Origin: an uncultured Methanosarcinales archaeon
GTDB lineage: Archaea > Nanobdellota > Nanobdellia > Woesearchaeales > GW2011-AR9
NCBI GenBank assembly: GCA_964344755.1
Contig: CAYFOH010000002.1
Coordinates: 277 to 64,276, forward strand
DNA length: 64,000 nucleotides
Direction of reading: 5' to 3'
Part shown: positions 44,991-54,807 of the stretch, in pieces
Layout: each line of letters begins with the position of its first letter
Numbering within the stretch: the stretch's first letter is position 1
Program-made: the position numbers and the translations under genes
The notes under the pieces: model-generated
Database searches by the model: none
What the model saw: the letters and a program-made list of their open reading frames with translations, nothing else
What the model was told of the DNA's origin: nothing

Positions 44991-47099
44991 TTATTCTAAA
45001 GGAACACCACTCCAAAGAGTCCAATCTTCTGACGGTGAGTAACCACCAAACGTGAAATAAGGCGGCTGGTTTTCACCAAAATGTCTGTAAACAACATTGC
45101 CCCAGCTTCGAGAACCAGTCCAGATTTTGTCTGTTCCGTAAATATTAGCACCAAAATGCTGCCAAGTTTTCAATAGGGTTTGGTGTCCAGAGGAATCTGT
45201 ATAAAAATCAGCTCCGGGTTCCGCCACAATATCTCCCTTAAATCCATATTTTTTAAAAAGTTTAAGAGCTTCGTCTATAGGAGCATTACCTTGCCCAGCT
45301 GCTAAGTGTTCATCTTCATAACCATAATTATCTACTATATGTAAATGGCCCACAATCTTCTTTTTGGCCATCTCTTCAACGCGAGAAAGCATCCATTTAT
45401 TGAACTCTTCCTTATTTTCTTTCATGGATTTCTTTTTGTCTCCCTTCCAATATTTCCACCACATATTACAATGTGCCGTATCAAAAGTTGCATATATATG
45501 TTGTTCTGCCCTTTTCTTGGCTTCTTTTTCGTCCATTTTCCTTTCTTTAACTAACCGTTTGGCCATAGCTTCTCGACTCTTTTCAATTAGGTTAATTAAT
45601 TCGTCAGGATGGCCACCATAACTTTCAGGAAACAAATTTTCCACGGCTATAGCAATTGGTCTTTTCAATTTTTTTTGTTTTTCCAGCTTATTACTTTCAT
45701 CCATAGCTTTTAAGCCAGCATCCGCATAAGCCTTGAAACTTTCTTCTAAGCCATATTTGTCAGCACTTCTAACGTACCTAATTGTCTCCAAAGCTTCTTC
45801 TGATTGGGCAAATTGAGAAGAAGAGGCTTCTTTAGCTTGTTTAATTTGCCTGTTATAAAAATCAAGCTCTCTGTCAATGATCTGTGTAGGGAACTTAGAA
45901 TCAGCTGGCACTAACCCACCAGCAATCTGTTCAACTTGTCTCTTTAACCGCCATTTTTCTTCCTCTGAAGTCGTCTCTTCAATTTTTTTATAGAATTCTT
46001 TAGCCTTCTTTAATTTTTTAATTCTTTCAATATGTTCATCAAATTGACCACCGTAATGTACTGCATAACCACGACTATTGGCTGCCTGTGTTTCTAATGT
46101 AGAAATAATATAAGCTTCTTCTGGTAAAACATGAATGTCTTTCTCGCTTTTCCCAGCTTCCATGGCTTCACTTACTCTTTCTCTCCAAATTGAATTTTTC
46201 TTCTCTTCCTCACTCATTTTATTCCAATTTCTAAAATGTCTTCTAGCTCTTTCAGTCATCCTAGAAGCTTCATCCTCTAACTCTTTCCAACCCATCTGTT
46301 GTGTAACAAACTTACCATCTTTATACAAAGGCACTCTTTCGTCAACATCAACAGGATTATTCCAATAGTCAACATAAGAACCTGGAGCTACTTTTTTGCC
46401 ATTTACTTCAAAAGGTTTCCCTTTATTTTGCTTCCAAAGTTCAGGAGTATGTTCCTGGCTATATGTTAACCAAACCGGCCTTGTAACTTTTCTATTTCTC
46501 CTAGCCTCTTGTATAACGTTCCCTGTTCTTTTATCAATAACCCTATGGCCCCCTCTTTCTTTCTCTTCTTCAAACATCTCAAATTTATCCTTCCATTTCC
46601 CTTTGTTGTTCCAATCTGCATCTGCCATGTGCCTAAAAAATTCTCCACTATGTACAACAATCGGGCCACCTTGAGCTACATCAGCAGCAAAGTCTATCGC
46701 TCTTTTAATTTCTCTAATAGAACGATCACGATTTTGTTTGGTAAAATTACCTTGTTGGTCCATCCCAGCCAAACCCATAACACCAACACTTGAATGGGTA
46801 GTAAAATCAAATTTGTTAGCTCTCTGTAACTCCCTTAAGGCTTGGCGTTGTTTTTTACCATAAGTTCCTGGGCTGTGAGCTTGACCACTTCCCTTTCCCA
46901 TCCCCATAAAAGTAATTTCCATTTTTTTTACCCCAGAGCGCATTTTAGCAGCTAAAGCAGGGATGTTAGGGACGGGACCTAGACCCATACTAAAACCAAT
47001 ATCTTTTACAGAAACACCAACATCATTAGTCGCATTTTGGATGGGGGTAATGTCATAAGCCCTGTCCATTGTATGATGATATTTGCCGAACTCTACCAT
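44991..47099 (-). CDS. xylose-isomerase-like TIM-barrel (sugar phosphate isomerase/epimerase, AP endonuclease 2 family) protein with a large charged insertion
   Basis: N-terminal ...GGPIVVHSGEF and C-terminal IVGHLHIVDNYGYEDEHLAAGQGNAPIDEA match the conserved His/Asp metal-site blocks of this TIM-barrel family. The central roughly 350 aa is K/E-rich. Confidence 0.5.
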   Translation of the reverse strand: MVEFGKYHHTMDRAYDITPIQNATNDVGVSVKDIGFSMGLGPVPNIPALAAKMRSGVKKMEITFMGMGKGSGQAHSPGTYGKKQRQALRELQRANKFDFTTHSSVGVMGLAGMDQQGNFTKQNRDRSIREIKRAIDFAADVAQGGPIVVHSGEFFRHMADADWNNKGKWKDKFEMFEEEKERGGHRVIDKRTGNVIQEARRNRKVTRPVWLTYSQEHTPELWKQNKGKPFEVNGKKVAPGSYVDYWNNPVDVDERVPLYKDGKFVTQQMGWKELEDEASRMTERARRHFRNWNKMSEEEKKNSIWRERVSEAMEAGKSEKDIHVLPEEAYIISTLETQAANSRGYAVHYGGQFDEHIERIKKLKKAKEFYKKIEETTSEEEKWRLKRQVEQIAGGLVPADSKFPTQIIDRELDFYNRQIKQAKEASSSQFAQSEEALETIRYVRSADKYGLEESFKAYADAGLKAMDESNKLEKQKKLKRPIAIAVENLFPESYGGHPDELINLIEKSREAMAKRLVKERKMDEKEAKKRAEQHIYATFDTAHCNMWWKYWKGDKKKSMKENKEEFNKWMLSRVEEMAKKKIVGHLHIVDNYGYEDEHLAAGQGNAPIDEALKLFKKYGFKGDIVAEPGADFYTDSSGHQTLLKTWQHFGANIYGTDKIWTGSRSWGNVVYRHFGENQPPYFTFGGYSPSEDWTLWSGVPLE

Positions 47100-47143
47100 G
47101 TTTTTTAGTAATGGTTTTAAGTATATAAAATTAATCTAAGAAG

Positions 47144-47429
47144 TGGCTTCATCCGGAATAGAGTAAATATGTATACTAACACACCCTACTCCATTTTTGT
47201 TTTCTTAACCGTCGCCGCCATTATTACTACATTTTACGCTAGTAATAATGTAGTGGCGCGATGGAACTGATTATGTATCTATACGAAGTATAGAGTTATA
47301 GTCAGTGAAATAGGGTAAGAAAACAAAAACTACGTCTGGCCATGCAGTGATATGCATAGCATATCCCAGCATATCACGGCACAGACGGTTGTGTTAATAT
47401 ACATTATTGTGTTATTCCGGATGTGGCCA
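47144..47429. repeat. structured non-coding element flanked by 18-bp imperfect inverted repeats (GTGGCTTCATCCGGAATA ... TATTCCGGATGTGGCCA)
   Basis: A 286-bp GC-richer segment with no ORF. It contains several internal hairpins: CGCCATTATTACTACATT/AATGTAGTGGCG, CTATAC-gaa-GTATAG and GTGATATGC...GCATATCAC. Confidence 0.5.
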
Positions 47430-47477
47430 TCAGGGCAGAAAAATTTATAAACCTTTTTTGGTTAACATTAACCAAAA

Positions 47478-48056
47478 ATGGATAAATTACTAAAAATTAT
47501 CTATACATTAGGTAAAAATCTTTCTAATGAAATAACTATACGTCAGCTTTCAATAGATGCAAATGTATCATATACAACTACATATCGTTTAATTAAGCAA
47601 AAAAAAGCTCTTTTTTCTATAAATCAAAAAGGGAATATAAAACTATGTTCACTAAATAGGGAAGATTCTATTGTCAAAAATTATCTGATCCTAGCTGAAA
47701 GAGATCAAGCAAACGATTTTTTGAAAAAAAATAAAGTTTTCAAAATTCTAAGATCAGAATTGCCAAAGGGAGATTATTCTCTTCTTTTATTTGGTTCAAG
47801 AGCAGAAGGGACACATAGAGAAAAAAGTGATGCCGATATTTGTATTATTAACAAGGATGGAAAAAAATTCATTAACTTCTCAAAGTTTGAGTTAATTCAT
47901 AAAATAGAAATCAACACAATGTCCTTCACTAAAAAGGAATTTACACTAATGTTAAAAGAAAAAGAACATAATGTCGGGAAAGAGATATTAAAGAAACATA
48001 TTATTTTATATGGAGAAGAACATTTTTGGAACCTTGTATGGAAAAAAGGCATTTGA
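47478..48056 (+). CDS. minimal nucleotidyltransferase (MNT, Pol-beta superfamily) with N-terminal HTH
   Basis: LLLFGSRAEGTHREKSDADICII matches GSx9-13DxD. An N-terminal wHTH-like segment precedes it. Confidence 0.7.
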   Translation: MDKLLKIIYTLGKNLSNEITIRQLSIDANVSYTTTYRLIKQKKALFSINQKGNIKLCSLNREDSIVKNYLILAERDQANDFLKKNKVFKILRSELPKGDYSLLLFGSRAEGTHREKSDADICIINKDGKKFINFSKFELIHKIEINTMSFTKKEFTLMLKEKEHNVGKEILKKHIILYGEEHFWNLVWKKGI

Positions 48057-48567
48057 TAAAATAAGATATAAAGAAGAATTTGAAAAATTAGTTGCAGATA
48101 AAGGTAATAAAAAATTTTTTATCAAGAAAAGCAATGCCTCTTTCAAAATAAAGAAATTTATTAAGAAAGGCAGAGATAGTCTTGCGTTAGCTAATTGCAT
48201 AAGAAAATTTAATGAAAACGCTAAGGATTATTGGATTATCACGATTTGTTATTACTCCATGTTATATTTAGCTAAAGCTGCTGTTTTGACAAAAGGCTAT
48301 GAAACTGATGATCACTATGCTACACAAATTGCTTTAGGATATTTGCTTGTACCCAATGAAATAGAAAAAAAAGATCTGGAATTATTAGAACAAACTCATA
48401 AAATATTTGAGGATGACTATGTTGACTATTTTGAAGATGCAAGAAAGGAGAGTAGCACCAGCAGATATAGTGCAACTAAAGTTTATGCTCAAAGAAGAGT
48501 GAAAGAAGTTTTTGATAACGCCACTGAATTTATAGAAAAACTGAGTCTTATGTTAGAGGAAGAATAA
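48010..48567 (+). CDS. HEPN-domain protein (partner of MNT)
   Basis: All-alpha roughly 185-aa protein with the ICYYSMLYLAKAAVLTKGYETDDHYATQ core typical of HEPN. Overlaps the MNT gene by 47 nt. Confidence 0.55.
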   Translation: MEKNIFGTLYGKKAFDKIRYKEEFEKLVADKGNKKFFIKKSNASFKIKKFIKKGRDSLALANCIRKFNENAKDYWIITICYYSMLYLAKAAVLTKGYETDDHYATQIALGYLLVPNEIEKKDLELLEQTHKIFEDDYVDYFEDARKESSTSRYSATKVYAQRRVKEVFDNATEFIEKLSLMLEEE

Positions 48568-48735
48568 AGGATAAAGCCAGAGGGTCACTAAAGATATACC
48601 TAGTAGTATTCCTACTTGGTTTTGTAAGAATTTTTGACAAATTAACCTTACTTCCTCCTACATTATCTTAACAGAAGCAGAGCTAATTAAAACTTACTTG
48701 TTGCTTGAGATTTTACCCAGAATTGTTTTCTTTAC

Positions 48736-49650
48736 TTATAATGCTTTCTCTAAGTAACATCCATTATCTTCTGTAATTCCTGCTTTTCTTATAACTGGTT
48801 CATAGTTAGCTAAAAAGCCATTATGTTCTTCAATAAACATTGGATGTTCTTGCGGTTTGATAACTTTAATTTTTTTATACCCATTATCTTTCCCAAAATT
48901 GGCAACTTGCTCCAAGATGAATCTTCGTGGTCCCCTCCCAAGAACATTTCCTATCCTGCTATATTCTCTTTCCGCTTCAAGTCGCTTCGCCTTTCCACTA
49001 GGATGAATAGCTCTTACAGGATCATTAGAACCAAATCTTCTTCCTTGTAAGGTCATAACATAGATATCGTTATTTGTTTCATCAACAAAAAAACTTGCTT
49101 TTGTAATATAGCCAGTAGCACTAGAAATTAATGTTTTATCTTGTTTAGCTAACAAATAAGCAACCCCAAAATAATCATCTGTTAATCCATGAGCCATGAT
49201 TAATTGAAGTCCATCATCAAGTCTTGTAATTCCATGCTCAGCCATAATTCTTCTTCTATTATCAAGAGTTTCGTGGATTATGCGAGAATTACTTTCAATT
49301 TTCTCTATAACACCATCAATATTTGGTTGAACTAAACCATGAAATAAAAAATGAGGATAACATAAATTATCTGTGTCAGGAAATGGTTCTGCAAAATTCT
49401 GAACTGCTTGAGCAACGTTATGAGAAAAATCAAGTTTATCATCACCAGGACTCAAATAAAATGCCCTTCCTAAAAGATACATTACCAACTCAGTATTGTG
49501 ACCAAATGTTATTCCTTTTCTCCCACCAAAGCTTGATTCAGGATCAACAAGATTTAGAGTATCAACTACTGCTTCTTGGCTAAAGGTTTCTGGAAAGTCT
49601 AAATAATCCCTTAATCTATCTGCAAATCCAGTTACATTAATATTGACCAT
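48736..49650 (-). CDS. hypothetical protein (GC-richer than surroundings)
   Basis: 304-aa ORF. Its nucleotide composition looks GC-richer by eye than the local roughly 33%. No recognised motif. Confidence 0.4.
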   Translation of the reverse strand: MVNINVTGFADRLRDYLDFPETFSQEAVVDTLNLVDPESSFGGRKGITFGHNTELVMYLLGRAFYLSPGDDKLDFSHNVAQAVQNFAEPFPDTDNLCYPHFLFHGLVQPNIDGVIEKIESNSRIIHETLDNRRRIMAEHGITRLDDGLQLIMAHGLTDDYFGVAYLLAKQDKTLISSATGYITKASFFVDETNNDIYVMTLQGRRFGSNDPVRAIHPSGKAKRLEAEREYSRIGNVLGRGPRRFILEQVANFGKDNGYKKIKVIKPQEHPMFIEEHNGFLANYEPVIRKAGITEDNGCYLEKAL

Positions 49651-49726
49651 TATTGTTTGGACAATAATTATTTTTTAAAAAACTATTGGCCATTAAAGAG
49701 GTTTTAGTAAAAAACACTTTAAAACT

Positions 49727-51223
49727 CTAAGAACAAGTTTCAAAAATCTTCCCCATTCTAATGCTGAAAGACACTTGAGGAAAGTTAGGATGAGTAATCA
49801 CAGCACTTTCTTGGTTTTCTCTTAGTGTTATGACAGCTTCGTTAATAATACGACCAGTGTCTTTTTTGATGATGCTAATAGGAACAACAGCATCTTCTCC
49901 TATGCAATGATCTGGAGCCTGTTTAATCTTCCATTCCAAAGCACCGGCTGCTGTGTAGCTGCCAGATCCTGGCTGAACACGGTAAACTTCCCCATCACTA
50001 GTTGAAAGATTTAGAGAATGATAATTACACATTCTTGCACAATTATCTGATCCCTGATACAAACCAGCTAACGTCCCGCACGTTCCACCAATACAATATT
50101 CATTAGAACCACACTGTAAGTTGTCTGTACAATCCTCCCCTTGGCCCACTTGTTCCAAACCTTGAGATCTTGCTTCAGTTACATCACAAATACCGTTAGT
50201 ATTCTCATCTAAACAACAGCTATCACCTTCAGGTGTTGGAATATGGGGAGATGTACATTCCACCGAATAACTAACTCTCTTACTTTCATTATCAATATGA
50301 AGGTCCGTGAAAATAGCTTTACCCACGACACCACTAAGAATAAAAAAGACGCCTAAAATTAAAAGTATAGAAACACCTGCAATTGCCAAGATCTTATTTC
50401 TATCATAATTTTTAGTTGTCTGTTTTGTTTTAGTTTGGGGTTGGCCTCTTTTTTTAAGATATTTTTTATAGTTTTTTTCCGTCACTTCTTGATAAACTTT
50501 GTCCACGTCCTGTTTTGACCAGCCAGCATTTAACAAATTTTGTTTAATTTGAGCCTCCTTTAAACCACCTTTGATTTGATTGTTGACATAAGAGTGGACA
50601 TTTGAAACCTTACTTCTGCTACCCATCCCTTTCCTGTTTAAGTAATGAAATACAATACTACCGGCTCCAAGAACAAAGATTATAAAGAAAATAATTGAAA
50701 GTTTACGATTTGAAGCCTGTTTCTTTAAAGTTTCTTGGATTTGATTTAAACTTGATTCAGTAATGTTCAGATTTTCCTCCAAACCAGAAATACCTAAAGC
50801 AACTATATTAAGCTCAGAATCAAGCCTCGTTTCAACTTCATCAACATTTCTTTGTAAAGTACTTATACTATTCTTTAGACGATTAACATCTGTTTTAACA
50901 CTAGAAATATCTGATTTCAAAGAAATAATCTCCTCTCTGGCCTTAGAGACATCCTCTTCTAACAACAAAATCTCTTCCTCTAAGGGCGTGAGTTCTAAGA
51001 AATTATCCGTTTCATTGTTACTTACAACAGTTTGTTCTTCTGTTACTAAAAAACAAGTACCTTCAACAATGTCACAATACATCTCTTCCCCTTCGAAAGC
51101 TTGAGCCAGACACTCTTGGTCGGATTGACAAACTATTTGAGTATCATAATCAGCAATTGTAGAGAAAGTTGAAACTAATAATAACAAAACAAGAACTATC
51201 AAAAGATTGTTTTTACCCATCAT
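49727..51223 (-). CDS. secreted/membrane-anchored Cys-rich coiled-coil protein with conserved C-terminal domain (paralog of 6973..7560)
   Basis: Signal peptide, a Cys-rich segment, a coiled coil, two TM helices, a second Cys-rich segment, then GSYTAAGALEWKIK...ITHPNFPQVSF...ETCS. This is homologous to the C-terminus of the 6973 protein. Confidence 0.5.
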   Translation of the reverse strand: MMGKNNLLIVLVLLLLVSTFSTIADYDTQIVCQSDQECLAQAFEGEEMYCDIVEGTCFLVTEEQTVVSNNETDNFLELTPLEEEILLLEEDVSKAREEIISLKSDISSVKTDVNRLKNSISTLQRNVDEVETRLDSELNIVALGISGLEENLNITESSLNQIQETLKKQASNRKLSIIFFIIFVLGAGSIVFHYLNRKGMGSRSKVSNVHSYVNNQIKGGLKEAQIKQNLLNAGWSKQDVDKVYQEVTEKNYKKYLKKRGQPQTKTKQTTKNYDRNKILAIAGVSILLILGVFFILSGVVGKAIFTDLHIDNESKRVSYSVECTSPHIPTPEGDSCCLDENTNGICDVTEARSQGLEQVGQGEDCTDNLQCGSNEYCIGGTCGTLAGLYQGSDNCARMCNYHSLNLSTSDGEVYRVQPGSGSYTAAGALEWKIKQAPDHCIGEDAVVPISIIKKDTGRIINEAVITLRENQESAVITHPNFPQVSFSIRMGKIFETCS

Positions 51224-51282
51224 TCCTCTTTTAAACTAAGACTAAGGAGATTTTTTAGCTTTATATAATTTTGGTTTTATCG

Positions 51283-51397
51283 AACGTATTTAGTTGGCCG
51301 TTAATTATACCAGTTTTTGTTAATTATAGTTTAAAACTGGAGATTAACTTTGTGCAAGCAAAAGAAGGAATTTAATTAACTTCTTGGCCATCTAACT
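51283..51397. repeat. palindromic intergenic repeat, copy 4 (reverse orientation, 115 bp)
   Basis: The reverse complement reads GTACGTATTTAGTTAGATGGCCAAGAAGTTAATTAAATTCC...ATAATTAACGGCCAACTAAATACGTTC. It lies between a divergent gene pair. Confidence 0.8.
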
Positions 51398-51454
51398 AAA
51401 TACGTACATTTTACTGAAGTAAAATTTATATAACCAATCAGACTTAAAGGGAAA

Positions 51455-52750
51455 ATGTTAGACATTAATTTACTAAGAGAAAAACCAGAAATTGTTAAAG
51501 CCTCTGAAGAAAAAAGAGGCAAGGACCCAAAAAATGTTGATAAAGTCCTTTCTTTAGATAATAGATGGAAAAAACAATTAAAAGAAGTAGAAAAACTTAA
51601 ACACAAACGTAATGTTGTTTCTGAAGAAATAAACAAAGCTAAAAAAGCTAAGGATGAAAAAACAGCAGTCAAAAAAATTAAAGAAATGAAGGCTGTTGCT
51701 GAAGAGATTAAAAAACAGGACGAAAATACAAACAGCATTCTTGAAAAAAGAAACAATTTGCTTAAACAAATAGGCAATATTTTACATCAATCAGTACCAA
51801 TAGGTAAGGACGATTCAGAAAATGTAGAAATAAAAAAGGTTGGAAAAATTCCTTCTTTTAATTTTCCAATTAAAGATCATATTGAACTTGCTCTAGATCT
51901 TGATTTAATAGAACTAGATACCGCAGCTAAAACAACAGGTTCAAGATTCTATTATCTTAAAAATGAAGCAGTATTACTTAGCCAAGCTTTACAAAGATTT
52001 GCTCTGGATAGAATGATTAAAAAAGGGTATACCTTAGTTCAACCTCCTTTTATGTTGAATAAGTCCACTCTTGAAGGTGGTGTTAATCTTTCTGAATTTG
52101 AAGACACTATTTACAAGATTGAAGACGAAGATCTTTACTTGATTGCCACTTCAGAACATCCTCTGATAGCCTTAAAGAAGAACGAAATAATTGAAGAAAA
52201 GGATTTGCCTCTAAAAATATGTGGTATAAGTGCCTGTTTTAGAAAAGAGCTAGGAACTCACGGAAGGGATGACAAAGGGATTTTTAGGGTACACCATTTT
52301 AATAAAGTTGAACAAATTGTTTATTGTAAACCAGAAAACTCATATAAATATTTTGAAGAATTACAAAAAAATGCAGAAGAATTATTTAAGGAACTAGAAA
52401 TACCATTTAGAGTAGTTCAAATTTGTACAGGAGATATTGGAAATAAACAGGCTTTACAGTATGACATTGAAGCCTGGATGCCTGGACAAAATGATAAAAA
52501 AGGAAATTACAGAGAAGTTACTTCATGTAGTAACTGTTTGGACTACCAAGCTGTAACCCTAAAAACAAAACTCTTACGTAAAGACGGTCAAACCAAAGAG
52601 TTTGTCCACATTTTAAATAATACCGCTCTAACAGACACAAGACCAATTATTGCCATTATAGAAAATTTTCAGACTAAAAAAGGAACTGTTAAAATCCCTA
52701 AAGCCTTGTGGCCCTATATGCATGGAATCAAAGAGATAGGTAAAAAGTAA
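51455..52750 (+). CDS. serS: seryl-tRNA synthetase
   Basis: N-terminal coiled-coil arm, then class II aaRS motifs (FRKE, GTHGRDDKGIFRVHHFNKVEQ). Confidence 0.9.
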   Translation: MLDINLLREKPEIVKASEEKRGKDPKNVDKVLSLDNRWKKQLKEVEKLKHKRNVVSEEINKAKKAKDEKTAVKKIKEMKAVAEEIKKQDENTNSILEKRNNLLKQIGNILHQSVPIGKDDSENVEIKKVGKIPSFNFPIKDHIELALDLDLIELDTAAKTTGSRFYYLKNEAVLLSQALQRFALDRMIKKGYTLVQPPFMLNKSTLEGGVNLSEFEDTIYKIEDEDLYLIATSEHPLIALKKNEIIEEKDLPLKICGISACFRKELGTHGRDDKGIFRVHHFNKVEQIVYCKPENSYKYFEELQKNAEELFKELEIPFRVVQICTGDIGNKQALQYDIEAWMPGQNDKKGNYREVTSCSNCLDYQAVTLKTKLLRKDGQTKEFVHILNNTALTDTRPIIAIIENFQTKKGTVKIPKALWPYMHGIKEIGKK

Positions 52751-52757
52751 TTCTAAA

Positions 52758-53360
52758 ATGCAACAAGCAAAATTTAGTGTAGGAGATCCAGACGGTTTTT
52801 GGAAAGAAATATCAGTAAAATATCCCCAGCTTTCTTTCAAAGTTAAAAACTGGTTAAACCTTGATAAAAAGACAACTTGTTTTTTAACTATTTCTGGAGA
52901 TAAAACTGAAGAATTTCTTAAGGATCTTAAAAAAAAGTTCAAAGACTTAGAGATTTTACAATCTTCTGGGAATAAAGCCTATGTAAAATATAATATTTCT
53001 AACCAAAAAACTATCACTCGTCAAGTGATCAAAAATGCTTGCTTTTTTTTAGAACCAATGGAAATTAAAAAAGGTAAGCTTGTCTTTCTAGTTGGAGCTA
53101 CGGAAAGAGAGGCTTTTAGTGGTTTATATAATGACTTACAGCCTTTAGGAATTGTTAAAATAATTTATATTAAAGAAAGCGAAATTAAAACTCCATTAAC
53201 AGTTAAACAAGAACAGATATTACAAATGGCAAGGGAACTAGGATATTACGAATGGCCAAGAAAAATATCCGTTCAAGAGTTAGCCAAAAGACTAAATCTT
53301 AGTAAAAGCACTTTTATAGAACACCTTAGGAAAGCGGAGAGTAAAATATTGCAAGGGTAA
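52758..53360 (+). CDS. HTH_10-family (Bat-like) transcriptional regulator
   Basis: C-terminal LTVKQEQILQMARELGYYEWPRKISVQELAKRLNLSKSTFIEHLRKAESKIL matches the bacterio-opsin-activator-type HTH. Confidence 0.6.
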   Translation: MQQAKFSVGDPDGFWKEISVKYPQLSFKVKNWLNLDKKTTCFLTISGDKTEEFLKDLKKKFKDLEILQSSGNKAYVKYNISNQKTITRQVIKNACFFLEPMEIKKGKLVFLVGATEREAFSGLYNDLQPLGIVKIIYIKESEIKTPLTVKQEQILQMARELGYYEWPRKISVQELAKRLNLSKSTFIEHLRKAESKILQG

Positions 53361-53405
53361 CATGTGCGGTAGAAAAAATATATCTTTTTCTTAACTACTT
53401 TCTTT

Positions 53406-53648
53406 ATGGAAGGAATTGTTTTAAAATTGGACTTGGTTGGTAATTGTGGTTATGCCACCGGTATAGATCAAAAAACCTTACTTGGTAAGGCAGATGGAAA
53501 TATCACCCTTGATTATCAAGGTAGAATTATTGAAGCTTCCGTGGATAGTAATAGGTGTCTTGTGCGTTTCCCAAACGGTGAAGACAGTTTACATAGGGTT
53601 TTTGGACTAGAAGCTGATTTAGAAGAAGTTAGATTTCGTTACTTTTAG
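53406..53648 (+). CDS. hypothetical small protein
   Basis: 80-aa ORF; weak evidence. Confidence 0.3.
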   Translation: MEGIVLKLDLVGNCGYATGIDQKTLLGKADGNITLDYQGRIIEASVDSNRCLVRFPNGEDSLHRVFGLEADLEEVRFRYF

Positions 53649-53691
53649 TCATCCACAAAGTTAATATAATATTAAGCTAGAACCAATTCTT

Positions 53692-54759
53692 ATGTCGTTG
53701 TTTCGTAATATGCTTAAAAGTGATGAAACTCTTTTTAGGGACACTGTAGTTCTTGATTATGATTTTCAACCTAAAGTGTTAAGATATAGAGAAAACGAGC
53801 AAATGCGGTTTGCTACAGCCATCAAACCATTATTACAAGGCCACAATGGAAGAAACTTATTTGTTTACGGAGCCCCCGGAATAGGTAAAACTACAGCTTG
53901 CAAGCATGTACTTAGAGAACTTGAAGAAGAAGCAGAAGAGATTTATACCTTCTACGTTAACTGTTGGAAAGAAAATACAACCTACAAAATATTTTATAAG
54001 ATATGTGAGGATCTAGGCTACAAATTTATTCAAAACAAAAGAACTAACGAACTTCTAACATTATTAAAAAACAAACTAAATAAAACAAGTGCTGTATTCG
54101 TTTTTGATGAAATAGATAAATTAGAAGATACGGATTTTCTTTATACCATCCTAGAAGATATTTACCGCAAAAGCGTTATTTTGATTACCAATTATAGGGA
54201 CAGTTATTCCAAACTTGATGAAAGGATCAGAAGCAGGTTAGGACCAGAATTTTTATTTTTTAGGGCTTACAGTGAGAGAGAAATTGCTGGGATTCTAGAA
54301 CAAAGAAGAAATTATGCTTTTAGCAAAGATTGCTGGGAAGAAGATTCTTTTAAAGAAATCATTGAAAAATGTACGGAAACAAGAGATGTTAGAATTGGGC
54401 TTTATCTAATGAAAGAAGCTGGCAACATTGCTGAAGAGAAAAATTCACGTAAAGTTCTTTTAGAACATGTAGCAGAAGCAATCAAAAAAGTCAATGATTT
54501 TCACATTAAGCCACAAGAAAATTTGGATGAGGACCTACAAATTGTTCTTAATATAATTAAAGACAAAAGTGGGAGCAAAAGTGGAGATATGTACCAGGCT
54601 TATTTAGATCAAGGAGGAGAGCTAAGCTACAAAAGTTTTCAAAGAAGAATTTCTAAATTAGATGAAGGTAAATTTATAACTACAGAGAAAGTTTCAGGCA
54701 AAGAAGGAAATACAACCCTAATTCATTATGCTTCTAATAAGAAATTAACTGAGTTTTAA
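53692..54759 (+). CDS. orc1: Orc1/Cdc6 replication initiator
   Basis: Walker A GAPGIGKTT, Walker B VFVFDEIDKL, and a C-terminal winged helix. Confidence 0.85.
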   Translation: MSLFRNMLKSDETLFRDTVVLDYDFQPKVLRYRENEQMRFATAIKPLLQGHNGRNLFVYGAPGIGKTTACKHVLRELEEEAEEIYTFYVNCWKENTTYKIFYKICEDLGYKFIQNKRTNELLTLLKNKLNKTSAVFVFDEIDKLEDTDFLYTILEDIYRKSVILITNYRDSYSKLDERIRSRLGPEFLFFRAYSEREIAGILEQRRNYAFSKDCWEEDSFKEIIEKCTETRDVRIGLYLMKEAGNIAEEKNSRKVLLEHVAEAIKKVNDFHIKPQENLDEDLQIVLNIIKDKSGSKSGDMYQAYLDQGGELSYKSFQRRISKLDEGKFITTEKVSGKEGNTTLIHYASNKKLTEF

Positions 54760-54807
54760 TTAAAAATAGAAAGAATTAAATCTTTAGCTTTTTATCTTAG
54801 GGTGTAA

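Noticed and set aside
47275-47305. The sequence atgtatctatacgaagtatag resembles the spacer plus right arm of a loxP site
   Set aside because: Only a 13-bp half-site similarity, no second inverted arm, and no tyrosine recombinase nearby. Most likely a chance match within a hairpin-rich element.
53361-53691. Region upstream of orc1/cdc6, inspected for origin recognition boxes (ORB / mini-ORB) that would mark a replication origin
   Set aside because: No repeated GTTCCAGTGGAAAC-like elements or an obvious AT-rich DUE flanked by inverted ORBs were seen. An origin here cannot be supported from sequence alone.
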